Positions 51,519 to 64,000 of a stretch of 64,000 nucleotides of DNA are shown here, piece by piece. This stretch comes from Octopus sinensis. Taxonomy: Eukaryota. The stretch covers positions 140,120,001 to 140,184,000 of the forward strand of contig NC_043000.1 in the NCBI RefSeq assembly GCF_006345805.1, in the 5' to 3' direction. The notes beneath the pieces were generated by a model. That model saw nothing but the letters and a program-made list of their open reading frames with translations, searched no databases and had not been told where the DNA came from. Position 1 is the stretch's first letter, and every line of letters starts with the position of its first letter. The translations under genes and the position numbers were made by a program.

Positions 51519-51872
51519 TACTCTTTACTCTTTTACTTGTTTCAGTCATTTGACCCCGGGACTTATTCTTTGTAAGCCAAGTACTTATTCTATTAGTCTC
51601 TTTTTGCTGAACCGCTAAGTGACAGGGACGTAAACACACCAGCATCAGTTGTCAAGCAATGCTAGAGGGACAAACACAGACACACAAACACACACACGCA
51701 TATATATATATATATACATATATACGACAGGCTGCTTTCAGTTTCCGTCTACCAAATCCACTCACAAGGCATTGGTCGGCCCATGGCTTGCCCAAGATGC
51801 CACGCAGTGGGACTGAACCCAGAACCATGTGGTTGGTTAGCAAGCTACTTACCACACAGCCACTCCTGCGTC
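51519..51872 (-). mobile_element. SINE family A with internal deletions
   Basis: Family A consensus. Confidence 0.88.
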
Positions 51873-52447
51873 TGTATAATTTATGTATGTATAATTTATT
51901 TAAATGGCACAGCACATGCATTTAAACACTACTAATAGTTTCATCTGTTAAAAATACTCAAACATATTCTTCAGGCACAAGCCACATATCGTAATGAACT
52001 AAAAAAAAATTGAACAATAGAAAAATTGACATACATGCTTACATGTGCAAATATATTTGTTTGCATTTATCAGTGCATTTATACATTTAACTACAAATTT
52101 AACAATGGAAACTAGATATACTTACAAGTAAAAGGATACCTTGTTAAATATACAGATAGATAGAATGATGGGTAAATAAATCAAATGGCTGATAGATAGA
52201 AAAGCAGATTGAGAGATAGGCAGTCATACAAAATATATATCAACAAGATAAAACATAAAAATATTTCTAAGAAAGACACAGAGAACAAAGAAAATGTATT
52301 AGACTAATTTCTCTTGCTAAAGACATATGATCAGGATTGGCAAATATTTAACCAAAAGACATTTAATTTCAAATTTTAAGAAGAGAATCAGATTAAATTA
52401 TATGAAATTACTTGAAATAAGAGGCAAAATAAAAAACAAAAGCAAAC

Positions 52448-52464
52448 TGATAATAATAATAATG

Positions 52465-52538
<74 letters not shown>

Positions 52539-52590
52539 AATAATAATAATAATAATAATAATGGTGATAATAATAATAATGATAACAAAA
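52448..52590. repeat. Compound (AAT)n(GAT)n microsatellite
   Basis: Directly visible. Confidence 0.95.
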
Positions 52591-52864
52591 ATAATATTTA
52601 TAGAAAGTTTTGGAAAATAGTAAAAGTATTATTGACAAGATTCTCCTTTTACCATTTTTGATATTTTTTCAATTCCTTTCTTTGCTTACCATTACCAAAC
52701 ATTGAGTACTCCTTGTGTATACAAAAGTTAAAAGAAAAAGAAAGTGAGACGATAGATAAAACAGAAATAAAAATAATATCCTCTTGTAATTAACTAAGCA
52801 TAATTATTTTTCAACTTAAGCCTTTTTATGTGAAAATCTAATAATTGAATTATTTGTTTGTCCA

Positions 52865-52867
52865 TAT

Positions 52868-52941
<74 letters not shown>

Positions 52942-53843
52942 GACAGAAACAGAGATATAGATATGATTATGTATATGGGCTAACAAGGTTTTGTTCATAT
53001 GTGAATATACATTTTTGTATATGTAGCTCAGCATACATATTTTGTGAGTACTGTTATCTGTAAGTGTAAAAATACATGTGTATTATGAACTATATACTAG
53101 ACCTACTGTCCATGGAAATGAAGTTTTAAAATATTTGGGTAATATGATAGCAGTTTGCATTTTGTATTAATTTTCTCAATATATCCAAACATAATTATGT
53201 ACATGCAAATAAACAGCACTCTACAAATCCTTCTAGAGACAAATGAATAAAATTATTTTTATAAATATACAAAAATATATATAAACATACACATACATAG
53301 GCGCAGGAGTGGCTGTGCGGTAAGTAGTTTGCTAACCAACCACATGGTTTCGGGTTCAGTCCCACTGTGTGGCACCTTGGGCAAGTGTCTTCTACTATAG
53401 CCTCGGGCCGACCAAAGCCTTGTGAGTGGATTTGGTAGACGGAAACAGAAAGAAGCCTGTCGTATATATGTATATATATATATGTGTCTGCGTGTATGCT
53501 TGTGTGTCTGTGTTTGTCCCCCTAGCATTGCTTGACAACCGATGCTGGTGTGTTTATGTCCTCGTCACTTAGCGGTTCGGCAAAAGAGACCGATAGAATA
53601 AGTACTGGGCTTACAAAAGAATAAGTCCCGGGGTCGAGATGCTCGACTAAAGGCAGTTCTCCAGCATGGCCACAGTCAAATGACTGAAACAAGTAAAAGA
53701 GTAAAGAGTATACTTCTGCCTGTCTATCTGTCTGTCACCCTCTATGATATACATATCTGTGAGTGTATACATATATGCATGTATATACATAAACAGGGAG
53801 ATAAGCCCCATAGGTACATAGATAGATATAGGTATGTATATAT

Positions 53844-53917
<74 letters not shown>

Positions 53918-54808
53918 GACAGAAACAGAGATATAGATATGATTATGTATATGGGCTAACAAGGTTTTGTTCATATGTGAATATACATTTTTGTATATGT
54001 AGCTCAGCATACATATTTTGTGAGTACTGTTATCTGTAAGTGTAAAAATACATGTGTATTATGAACTATATACTAGACCTACTGTCCATGGAAATGAAGT
54101 TTTAAAATATTTGGGTAATATGATAGCAGTTTGCATTTTGTATTAATTTTCTCAATATATCCAAACATAATTATGTACATGCAAATAAACAGCACTCTAC
54201 AAATCCTTCTAGAGACAAATGAATAAAATTATTTTTATAAATATACAAAAATATATATAAACATACACATACATAGGCGCAGGAGTGGCTGTGCGGTAAG
54301 TAGTTTGCTAACCAACCACATGGTTTCGGGTTCAGTCCCACTGTGTGGCACCTTGGGCAAGTGTCTTCTACTATAGCCTCGGGCCGACCAAAGCCTTGTG
54401 AGTGGATTTGGTAGACGGAAACAGAAAGAAGCCTGTCGTATATATGTATATATATATATGTGTCTGCGTGTATGCTTGTGTGTCTGTGTTTGTCCCCCTA
54501 GCATTGCTTGACAACCGATGCTGGTGTGTTTATGTCCTCGTCACTTAGCGGTTCGGCAAAAGAGACCGATAGAATAAGTACTGGGCTTACAAAAGAATAA
54601 GTCCCGGGGTCGAGATGCTCGACTAAAGGCAGTTCTCCAGCATGGCCACAGTCAAATGACTGAAACAAGTAAAAGAGTAAAGAGTATACTTCTGCCTGTC
54701 TATCTGTCTGTCACCCTCTATGATATACATATCTGTGAGTGTATACATATATGCATGTATATACATAAACAGGGAGATAAGCCCCATAGGTACATAGATA
54801 GATATAGG

Positions 54809-54860
<52 letters not shown>

Positions 54861-54862
54861 AT
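52865..54862. repeat. 976-bp tandem duplication (2 copies), each with a family A SINE (53299-53710, 54275-54686)
   Basis: Identical ORFs offset by exactly 976 bp; breakpoints lie in (TA)n. Confidence 0.92.
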
Positions 54863-55710
54863 AAAATCAGTTTACTAGTATAAAAGCACTATTGAAAAAT
54901 AATCTGTTTAAGTTTGTATTGCTTATGGGTCATAGCTTAGCTTGGCCACAATCCAGTGGGTGGAATAATCAGAATTTAAAATGAGAACATACATGCATGC
55001 ATATTTACATACACAAATGCACACACAAACGCACACACCACACCACACACACACATACACACATGTACAGAATGCTCACACAGACATACATATATATGTA
55101 AGAAAAAATACACATTCATTATGTGTAATAGAGCCTTCATATTTTCATATATCATGAAATAGTATATTGCTGTTGATAGTATATATACTGGCTTGAACAG
55201 TACCATAGGTTTCACATCAATTATTGCTTTTGGCAATATTGATGACTCTTCAGACATACTGGCTTGAAGTGCATAAGCTCTTTAATGCCAGAGATATATG
55301 TGAATCCCAGTTGCCTCGGTGTTAATAAAAAGAATTAGCACAAAACATAGTGGAAATTTTTCCAGGAGGCAAAGTGGGTTTCTTTCCATGGATTGATTTT
55401 GACCATGTTTTATTCATGTCAGTTGTTTTTGAGTACATATATGCTGTTCTTTATTGCCAAAATCGGTATGATTACATTGCCACAGTGAATTTCTTCTCTT
55501 GAGAGTAACATCTGACAACATCTCTTTTTGAGTTCAGGAAAGTGCCTGGATAATTTTTTTGTAAGATTCTTTTCTTAGCAAATTCAGATATCGTACATGT
55601 CATCCCAGTAATTTCCACTTGATTTTGTACTGCATAGCTTCCTCTTTTAATAACAATCTCATCTTCTGTTCAGGCATATCATATTCTGTGTATATTGTCC
55701 TGGTGACAAG

Positions 55711-56137
55711 TAAGCAAACCATCCGATCGTGGCCGTTGCCAGCGCCGCCCCGACTGGCCTCCATGCCGGTGGTACGTAAAAAGCACCATCCATTCAGGGC
55801 CGTTGCCAGCCTTGCCTGGCCCCCGTGCTGGTGGCACGTAAAAAGCACAATCCAATCGTGGCCGTTGCCAGCCTTGCCTGGCCCCCGTGCCGGTGGCACG
55901 TAAAAAGCACCATCCGTCTGTGGCCGTTTGCCACCTCCGTCTGGCACCTGTGCTAGTGGCACGTAAAAAGCACCCACTACACTCACAGAGTGGTTGGCAT
56001 TAGGAAGGGCATCCAGCCGTAGAAACAGTGCCAGATCAGACTGGGCCTGATGCAGCCTTCTGGCTTCACAGACCCCAGTTGAACCGTCCAACCCATGCTA
56101 GCATGGAAAGCGGACACTAAATGATGATGATGATGAT
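55711..56137 (+). mobile_element. Family C element, about 5 VNTR units
   Basis: Repeated GGCCGTTGCCAGCCTTGCCTGGCCCCGTGC.GGTGGCACGTAAAAAGCAC. Confidence 0.88.
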
Positions 56138-58517
56138 TGAATCATTTTCCTGAATTTAGGGGAAAATTTCCAAAAAATTTTGTTATTTCCAGTAAGCTGA
56201 GTTTCTACAAGTGTTTCAACTGTTGGCATTTTAACTAAATTCTTTAAGAATAATCTGTTGTCTGGGGAGAGTCATTCTCTTTTAGTGCCTTATTATTTAA
56301 CACACTCACCGGTAAAATTTCCACTTATTTCAGAATAAGTTGTCTGGGTAAAGAATTCAGGGCAGCACTCCAGGTGTATCAGGATCTCTAGATATAGCTG
56401 TTAGTAAGCTGACACACAGCCAACTGAGCTAGCTGTAGCTCACATATCTATGTATGAAACATTCCTGTTAATATTCTCATTTTGAGAATTCTTCCAATGA
56501 ATGCAGTCAGCAGAGGGAACAAACTATAAACCGTTACTGATAATGAGAAAAAGAATAAATAAAAGAAGTTTTTAAAATCCTAAAATTTTTATTCATCTTC
56601 TTTTTTAATATCAACTCAGTGCACAAACATATTTTGTCAGGCACGATTAATTTTTGCCTGAGATGTCAGATTGGCAAATTTTATCATAGGATGTGATCAT
56701 TTCTTCATCTTTTGGATCCCCTTAATTTGCTTCTGAGATTTTAAACATGCTTCTTTTATTTTGCAATTTTACATCCTTGGTATGGATGAGATAATTCTGA
56801 TACAGATTTGGATACTTGAATATGAGTTGGTAAAGCAAGTGATTTTATAGCCAATGTGCCCTTTCTAATGGTGACTAATCAACTATAAACTATAAACTAT
56901 AATTCTAATCTGGTTCATTGAAATACATGCAGAAATTATGCTTCCTTAACATTATTTCAGAATATTCATGCATGCATGAAGCACATCATTTCTATAGTGC
57001 TTTAAATTTTAATCAAACAGTTATATTTAAATTCATTTTCTCAAGACTGCAATAGGTTTGATAGATTAATAAATTCATGCATATTTCCTTTAATTAGTTG
57101 CATTATTTTTTAAGCTCTCTCATTCTCTCCCCGTTTGCTTTTGCCCTTTCTCTCTCTTTCTCTCATCATTCCAACTTCAGAATTAAATGTTTGAAACATA
57201 TGTAGAAGGTAATATGTATGTGCATATATATCTACATATTGAGTCTTTAATAACTCTGGGCTTATATACAGGGCTATCAATTCCTTGGAATGAAGATTAA
57301 ACTGATTTTGTTTCATTGTATTTATGGCTCCTCAGAACTTATTTACCTCTCCCTTTAAATGCTAAAACAATTTGGATCATTCCTTAGTCCAAACAGCAAG
57401 TGTTGACCTGCAATGCCTAAAGATAACATTAATGTCATAGTGTTCAATGGTCTCTGATATCTTTCAAAGTAAAGAGTACAGCCCCTTCCTCCAGACTGAG
57501 ACCTCCAAAAGAAGTCTGAGTAAAAAAATTATTCTTTAAATCATAGAATGGTCTAATGTTGAATTTCGGTACCAGAAATATTTTCTGCTATGATGTTTTT
57601 ACCTCAAATAATTTGCACCTGTTTAATGGCAGTTTGTCATTCTGGTGTTTCACTTATGAAAATCGAAACCTTCTGGTTTCTCAAGCTGAAATAGTTATAG
57701 ATCTAAGTTGATTTAGCTTCAAGCTGTAGAATAATGATATCTTTCAACAACATTTTCATAAGTACAATTGATTTTTTAATTCTTCTAAATCACCAAATTA
57801 TTCAGGAAAAAATTTTTGGTTTTGAATTTCTTTACTTAATGTCCTCTCTGCCATGGATTTTCTGTATTTATTAGTGTTCTTTAACTACTAAAATAAGTAA
57901 TTTTAGCTATAGTTATGTGACTATATTTAAGGACATAATAGTTGACAGAAAAATGGACATGTGTCCATTTGCTGGCACTCGTTGACGCTACATTGAAGAG
58001 GCTAGGGAACAGAAGAAAGAAGAAGTAAGAAGACTGACTTAGTACCATTCTTCAATAGCTTCTACTATTATCAGACAAACTTTTCAAAAATGTTAGAAAG
58101 ATAATTGAGTTAAAACAAACATTCACTTAAAATTGCATTTAACATGACTATGTGTTTTTCTCTTTTTTTTTTGTTCTGTCAAATATACTGAAGTTGAACC
58201 ACAGTCATCTGTAGAACATTGGTCTGTCAAAGATCACCATTAAAAGTCATAAGATTTTTCTGACACAACCAACTTGTTAGACTGTCATCACTAGTTGTTG
58301 TGACATACATCTTCCTACTATCAAGTACCTATTCTGTATACTTGGCATCTAACCATATATGTAGGTCCCTAACTGGGTGATATTGGCTCAATTTACGAGT
58401 CCCGTTTAAAGTGCTTCAGCTGTAATCACCTTATCTTTCTGTGTTTGACATTACATATTTCTAGAACTTCATTATCTAACACGTCCCTCCTGGTTTTAAA
58501 CAACAGGTTTTAAACAT

Positions 58518-58888
58518 AGGCGCAGGAGTGGCGGTGTGGTAAGTAGCTTGCTTACCAACCAGATGGTTCCAGGTTCATTCCCACTGCGTGGCACCTTGGC
58601 TGACCAAAGCCTTGTGAGTGGATTTGGCTGACGGAAACTGAAAGAAGCCCGTCGTATATATGTATATATATGTGTGTTTGTTTATGTGTTTGTGTTTGTC
58701 CCCCCAACATCACTTGACAACCGATGCTGGTGTATTTACGTCCCCATAACTTAGCAGTTCAGCAAAAAGGACTACTGATAGAATAAGTAATAGGCTTACA
58801 AATAATAAGTCCTGGGGTTGATTTGCTCGACTAAAGGTGGTGCTCTAGCATGGCCACAGTCAAATGACTGAAGCAAGTAAACGAGTAA
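58518..58888 (+). mobile_element. SINE family A
   Basis: Family A consensus with a small deletion in the CORE region. Confidence 0.9.
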
Positions 58889-59567
58889 TATTATTGATTT
58901 GAAGTTTATTTATCTGTTATTTTTAGCAAGTCAAGCAACCATGTAGAAGAGCTCCTTTAGCTTGAAAAATGTTTTTATTTAATTGATAAGTTCTTGAGTC
59001 AGCAGAGACAGTAAAACATCAAACTAAATGCTAAACAGTATTTACTTTATCCTCATATGCTCCACATTGACGTTCCTCATGGATCAGCTTAACCTTTCAC
59101 ACTGTCTAAGCTTCATAAAATAATTGTCAGTAATATATTGAGATTAATTCATGCAATTCTGCCAGTCTCTTCTGCCAGTTGGCTTACTGTCGATGTAAGA
59201 AATCATAATTAATAATAATGTCTTGTGAAAAAGAAATCAATTATGAGAAATTGCACTCATTTCCAACAGGATAAGAGTTTCAAAGAAGAGATTACAATAA
59301 CGAGATTTAATGATTGTTGTTTCAACGTAGTATATAATTAATGTTAAGCCACCAATGCTATGCAGAGATATTACAATTATTTCGAATAAATCTTTGGTAT
59401 ATTTGAAATATAATGAGTTCATAAATACTTACAAAACTTTTGAATTTCAGAACATCTTCCAAATTATATAAGATCCACCAAACCTGATACTGAAGATATT
59501 TTGGTGTGTGTGTGTATGTGTGAAATCATGCATGAGAAAAAGAGAGAAAGAGTGTGTGAGTGTGTGT

Positions 59568-59855
59568 GTGGCCGTTGCCAGCCTCGCCTGGCCCACTTGC
59601 CGGTGGCACGTAAAAAGCACCATCTCTCTGTGGCTGTTTGCCAGCCCCATCTAGCACCTGTGCCGGTGGCACGTAAAAAGCACCCACTACACTCACGGAG
59701 TGGTTGGCATTAGGAAGGGCATCCAGCCGTAGAAACATTGCCAGATCAGACTGGGCCTGGTGCAGCCTTCTGGCTTCCCAGACCCCAGTTGAACCGTCCA
59801 ACCCATGCTAGCATGGAAAGCAGACGCTAAATGATGATGATGATGATGATGATGA
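59568..59855 (+). mobile_element. Family C element
   Basis: VNTR units plus tail. Confidence 0.85.
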
Positions 59856-60346
59856 TAAATATAGGAATAACAAAAACCGATGTTAAACCAAACACTCTCT
59901 AACTCCTGGTAGTATGATATAATGCATCAAGACAATTTGTGAGATACTCTAAGACCCATCCAACCCATGCCTGGTTTGGAAAACATATGAAAGGAACATA
60001 CTGTGGCTCACATTAGCCATTTAGCTGTAAGGACACAAATTTAAAGTTTCATCTTCATTTTGAGCATATAGTGTAAATCAGACAAACTAGTCCCATTTCA
60101 CACAAACTCATGGGAAAATTCGCACTCACTACTGTGAGTAAAAGAAACAATTATAAATGTTGTTTAGCTGACTCGTGATCAAAAGTATTTCAGCCATGAC
60201 ATCCAGTTTTTAATTTCATACATAGAGGATTTAGAACTACATTGTACCAGTAGTTCCCAATCCCTAGCACCTTCTCACACACACACACACCACAAACATA
60301 GACCACAATTTAAAACACCAATTTAAAAACAACAGTATTTCACAAA

Positions 60347-63300
60347 TGTATGTTGCCTTTACAGCCATCACTTCCACCACCCTTTTGGTCACCCCATTAT
60401 GCCCCACTTATCTTCAATGCCCCACTGGATCTTTCCACCACCCACTTTAGGAACCACTGCATTATACTATGCTATTTGCTATCTCTCTGGGGCTTTTTAA
60501 CAGGGTAAGATAAAAATTGTGGAAAATTTGGTTACTAATTTAAGCATATTAAATGCTATTGTAGAGACTCCTCTTTTAACTCAAATGATTATAAGGTATA
60601 TTGTATGGCAACCTTTGCTTTTCTATATTCCCTATTTAGCTGATGATGGACTGAGAATGTAAGTATATAGTGACTGGTCATAGACACAATGTCATTTAAG
60701 TGAGGAGATTTGAATGGTGAATCACATAATCTTCAGTAAAATCATTATGTTTCTAACATCATATATTTGCTCGTTTTCAGCCATTTAGTGAATCCCTTGT
60801 TTCAGTCATTTGACTGCGGCCATGCTGGAGCACTGTCTTTAGTCAAACAAATTGCCTCCCAGGATTTATTCTTTGCAATCCTAAGTTACAGGGATGTAAA
60901 CACACCAACATTGGTTGTCAAGCGATGGTGGGGGACAAGCATAGACATACACACAAATATATACATATATATATTTCTCAGTTTCCGTCTACCATATCCA
61001 CTCACAAGGCTTTGGTTGGCCTGAGACAATAGAAGACGCTTGCCCAAGGTGCCATGCAGTAGAACTGAACCTGGAACCATGTGGTTGGGAAGCAGGCTTC
61101 TTACCACACAGCCACACTGCACCTATAGTAATTTTTTCAGTTAATTATGTTTTCAATCTATTATTGATTGTTAAAATTTATTTTGCATCACTTATATGAC
61201 TAACTTCTTGGGAGAAAAGAATGAATGTCATAAATTCTATTTTGCAGAGAAGAAAAAATATTTTCAGTTATCTTTTTAAATATCTTCCCCTAGCAGAGTA
61301 AAAATAAGTGTTCAGTGTCTGAGTGCTCAGTAAGACAATAACATAACCGTACATGGTTCTGATCATTATAACTCTCCTGAGGCTACACAACAATATTAAC
61401 ATGACACAATTGTATGTTGCCTCTACAGCCATCATCTCCACCACCCTTTTGGTCACCCCATTATGCCCCACTTATCTTCAATACCTCACTGGATCTTTCC
61501 ACCGCCCACTTTAGGAACCATTGCATTATACTATGCTATCTGCTATCTCTCTGTGGCTTTTTAACAGGGTAAGATAAAAATTGTGGAAAATTTGGTTACT
61601 AATTTAAGCATATTAAATGCTATTGTAGAGACTCTGCTTTAACTCAAATGATTATAAGGTATATTGTATGGCAACCTTGCCTTTCCATATTACCTATTTA
61701 GCTGATGATGGACTGAGAATGTAAGTATATAGTGACTGGTCATAGACACAATGTCATTTAAGTGAGGAGATTTGAATGGTGAATCACATAATCTCAGTAA
61801 AATCATTATGTTTCTAACATCATATATTGCTCGTTTTCAGCCATTTAGTGAATCCCTTGTTTCAGTCATTTGACTGCGGCCATGCTGGAGCACTGTCTTT
61901 AGTCAAACAAATTGCCTCCCAGGATTTATTCTTTGCAATCCTAAGTTACAGGGATGTAAACACACCAACATTGGTTGTCAAGCGATGGTGGGGGACAAGC
62001 ATAGACATACACACAAATATATACATATATATATTTCTCAGTTTCCGTCTACCATATCCACTCACAAGGCTTTGGTTGGCCTGAGACAATAGAAGACGCT
62101 TGCCCAAGGTGCCATGCAGTAGAACTGAACCTGGAACCATGTGGTTGGGAAGCAGGCTTCTTACCACACAGCCACACTGCACCTATAGTAATTTTTTCAG
62201 TTAATTATGTTTTCATCTATTATTGATTGTTAAAATTTATTTTGCATCACTTATATGACTAACTTCTTGGAGAAAAGAATGAATGTCATAAATTCTATTT
62301 TGCAGAGAAGAAAAAATATTTTCAGTTATCTTTTTAAATATCTTCCCCTAGCAGAGTAAAAATAAGTGTTCAGTGTCTGAGTGCTCAGTAAGACAATACA
62401 TAACCGTACATGGTTCTGATCATTATAACTCTCCTGAGGCTACACAACAATATTAACATGACACAATTGTATGTTGCCTCTACAGCCATCATCTCCACCA
62501 CCCTTTTGGTCACCCCATTATGCCCCACTTATCTTCAATACCTCACTGGATCTTTCCACCGCCCACTTTAGGAACCATTGCATTATACTATGCTATCTGC
62601 TATCTCTCTGTGGCTTTTTAACAGGGTAAGATAAAAATTGTGGAAAATTTGGTTACTAATTTAAGCATATTAAATGCTATTGTAGAGACTCTGCTTTAAC
62701 TCAAATGATTATAAGGTATATTGTATGGCAACCTTTGCCTTTCCATATTACCTATTTAGCTGATGATGGACTGAGAATGTAAGTATATAGTGACTGGTCA
62801 TAGACACAATGTCATTTAAGTGAGGAGATTTGAATGGTGAATCACATAATCTTCAGTAAAATCATTATGTTTCTAACATCATATATTTGCTCGTTTTCAG
62901 CCATTTAGTGAATCCCTTGTTTCAGTCATTTGACTGCGGCCATGCTGGAGCACTGTCTTTAGTCAAACAAATTGCCTCCCAGGATTTATTCTTTGCAAGC
63001 CTAAGTTACAGGGATGTAAACACACCAACATTGGTTGTCAAGCGATGGTGGGGGACAAGCATAGACATACACACAAATATATACATATATATATTTCTCA
63101 GTTTCCGTCTACCATATCCACTCACAGGGCTTTGGTTGGCCTGAGACAATAGAAGACGCTTGCCCAAGGTGCCATGCAGTAGAACTGAACCTGGAACCAT
63201 GTGGTTGGGAAGCAGGCTTCTTACCACACAGCCACACTGCGCCTATAGTAATTTTTTCAGTTAATTATGTTTTCAATCTATTATTGATTGTTAAAATTTA

Positions 63301-63532
63301 TTTTGCATCACTTATATGACTAACTTCTTGGGAGAAAAGAATGAATGTCATAAATTCTATTTTGCAGAGAAAAAAAAATATTTTCAGTTATCTTTTTAAA
63401 TATCTTCCCCTAGCAAAGTAGAAATAATTGTTCAGTGTCTGAGTGCTCAGTAAGACAATAACATAACCGTACATGGTTCTGATCATTATAACTCTCCTGA
63501 GGCTACACAGCAATATTAACATGACACAATTG
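60347..63532. repeat. ~1060-bp tandem triplication, each unit with a minus-strand family A SINE (60797-61124, 61857-62184, 62917-63244)
   Basis: Identical or near-identical ORFs at 60767, 61827 and 62887; unit starts TGTATGTTGCC at ~60347, ~61413 and ~62469. Confidence 0.93.
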
Positions 63533-64000
63533 TCCATGCCGCCTGATGAGTAAGATTTTTGAATTTTATTAATCTGAAGCTGACACCTGAAACAATTCTC
63601 AAAAAAATGGTACATACTACTGATACATAATCATTTGAGAGCTGCCACTATAATTTTGATTATGTAAGGCATCACATGCAATACATTATATTGGTGTGTT
63701 ATAAGTCATAAGGTCATAACAAACAATTAAATGTTCATTTCCATGTAGTATATTCAAGCATGGTAACCTAGCTGAGGACAATACCCTCTATGGAAAGTTC
63801 AGAGCACACTACAGTAAGCTTACAGAAGACATCAATGTCACAGTGCTACTGCTGCTTATATCATTGAGCCATTCTAATTCTTAACATTGATTCCCAAAGC
63901 TATAAGAATGAAGCAATTCAAATGTTAAGCATCTCAACGCTAGAAACAATATAATACAAGTGGCTTGCTATGAACTGTTAACTCTTTAGCTCAGGAATTT

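Noticed and set aside
55380-55700. Possible piggyBac cysteine-rich C-terminus on the minus strand (RHFPELKKRCC / VRCYSQ / WQCNH)
   Set aside because: It needs several frameshifts and has weak similarity; not supportable without a profile search.
57951-57970. 20-bp palindrome AAATGGACA-TG-TGTCCATTT
   Set aside because: A single short inverted repeat with no supporting context, plausible by chance in 64 kb of AT-rich DNA.

Overview
This is AT-rich, microsatellite-dense, non-coding eukaryotic DNA. I infer a coleoid cephalopod, most likely Octopus, from the repeat families. I found no convincing intact protein-coding gene; almost all listed ORFs are translations of microsatellites or SINEs. The window is built from three tRNA-headed SINE families, many RTE-type 3'-tail elements with an internal VNTR, decayed RTE, R4/Dong-like and Penelope-like (RT + GIY-YIG) retrotransposon relics, a piggyBac-like MITE, two Helitron-like elements, a 445-bp foldback, and two kb-scale tandem duplications. 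The main signal is a cluster of type I hammerhead ribozymes (HHRs) from several non-autonomous families. (1) A 535-bp x2.8 tandem array at 4147-5645 carries one HHR per monomer on the minus strand, a retrozyme/circRNA-like architecture. (2) A diverged relative at 13.2-13.8 kb has a stem I that has changed compensatorily. (3) A second family with a long loop II occurs at 3.8 kb and 21.3 kb. (4) A tRNA-headed SINE carrying a minimal HHR is inserted as a head-to-head dimer flanked by an 11-bp direct repeat at 44.8-45.5 kb. All structures were folded by eye and no activity has been shown. Repeat boundaries are approximate (about +/-10 nt).
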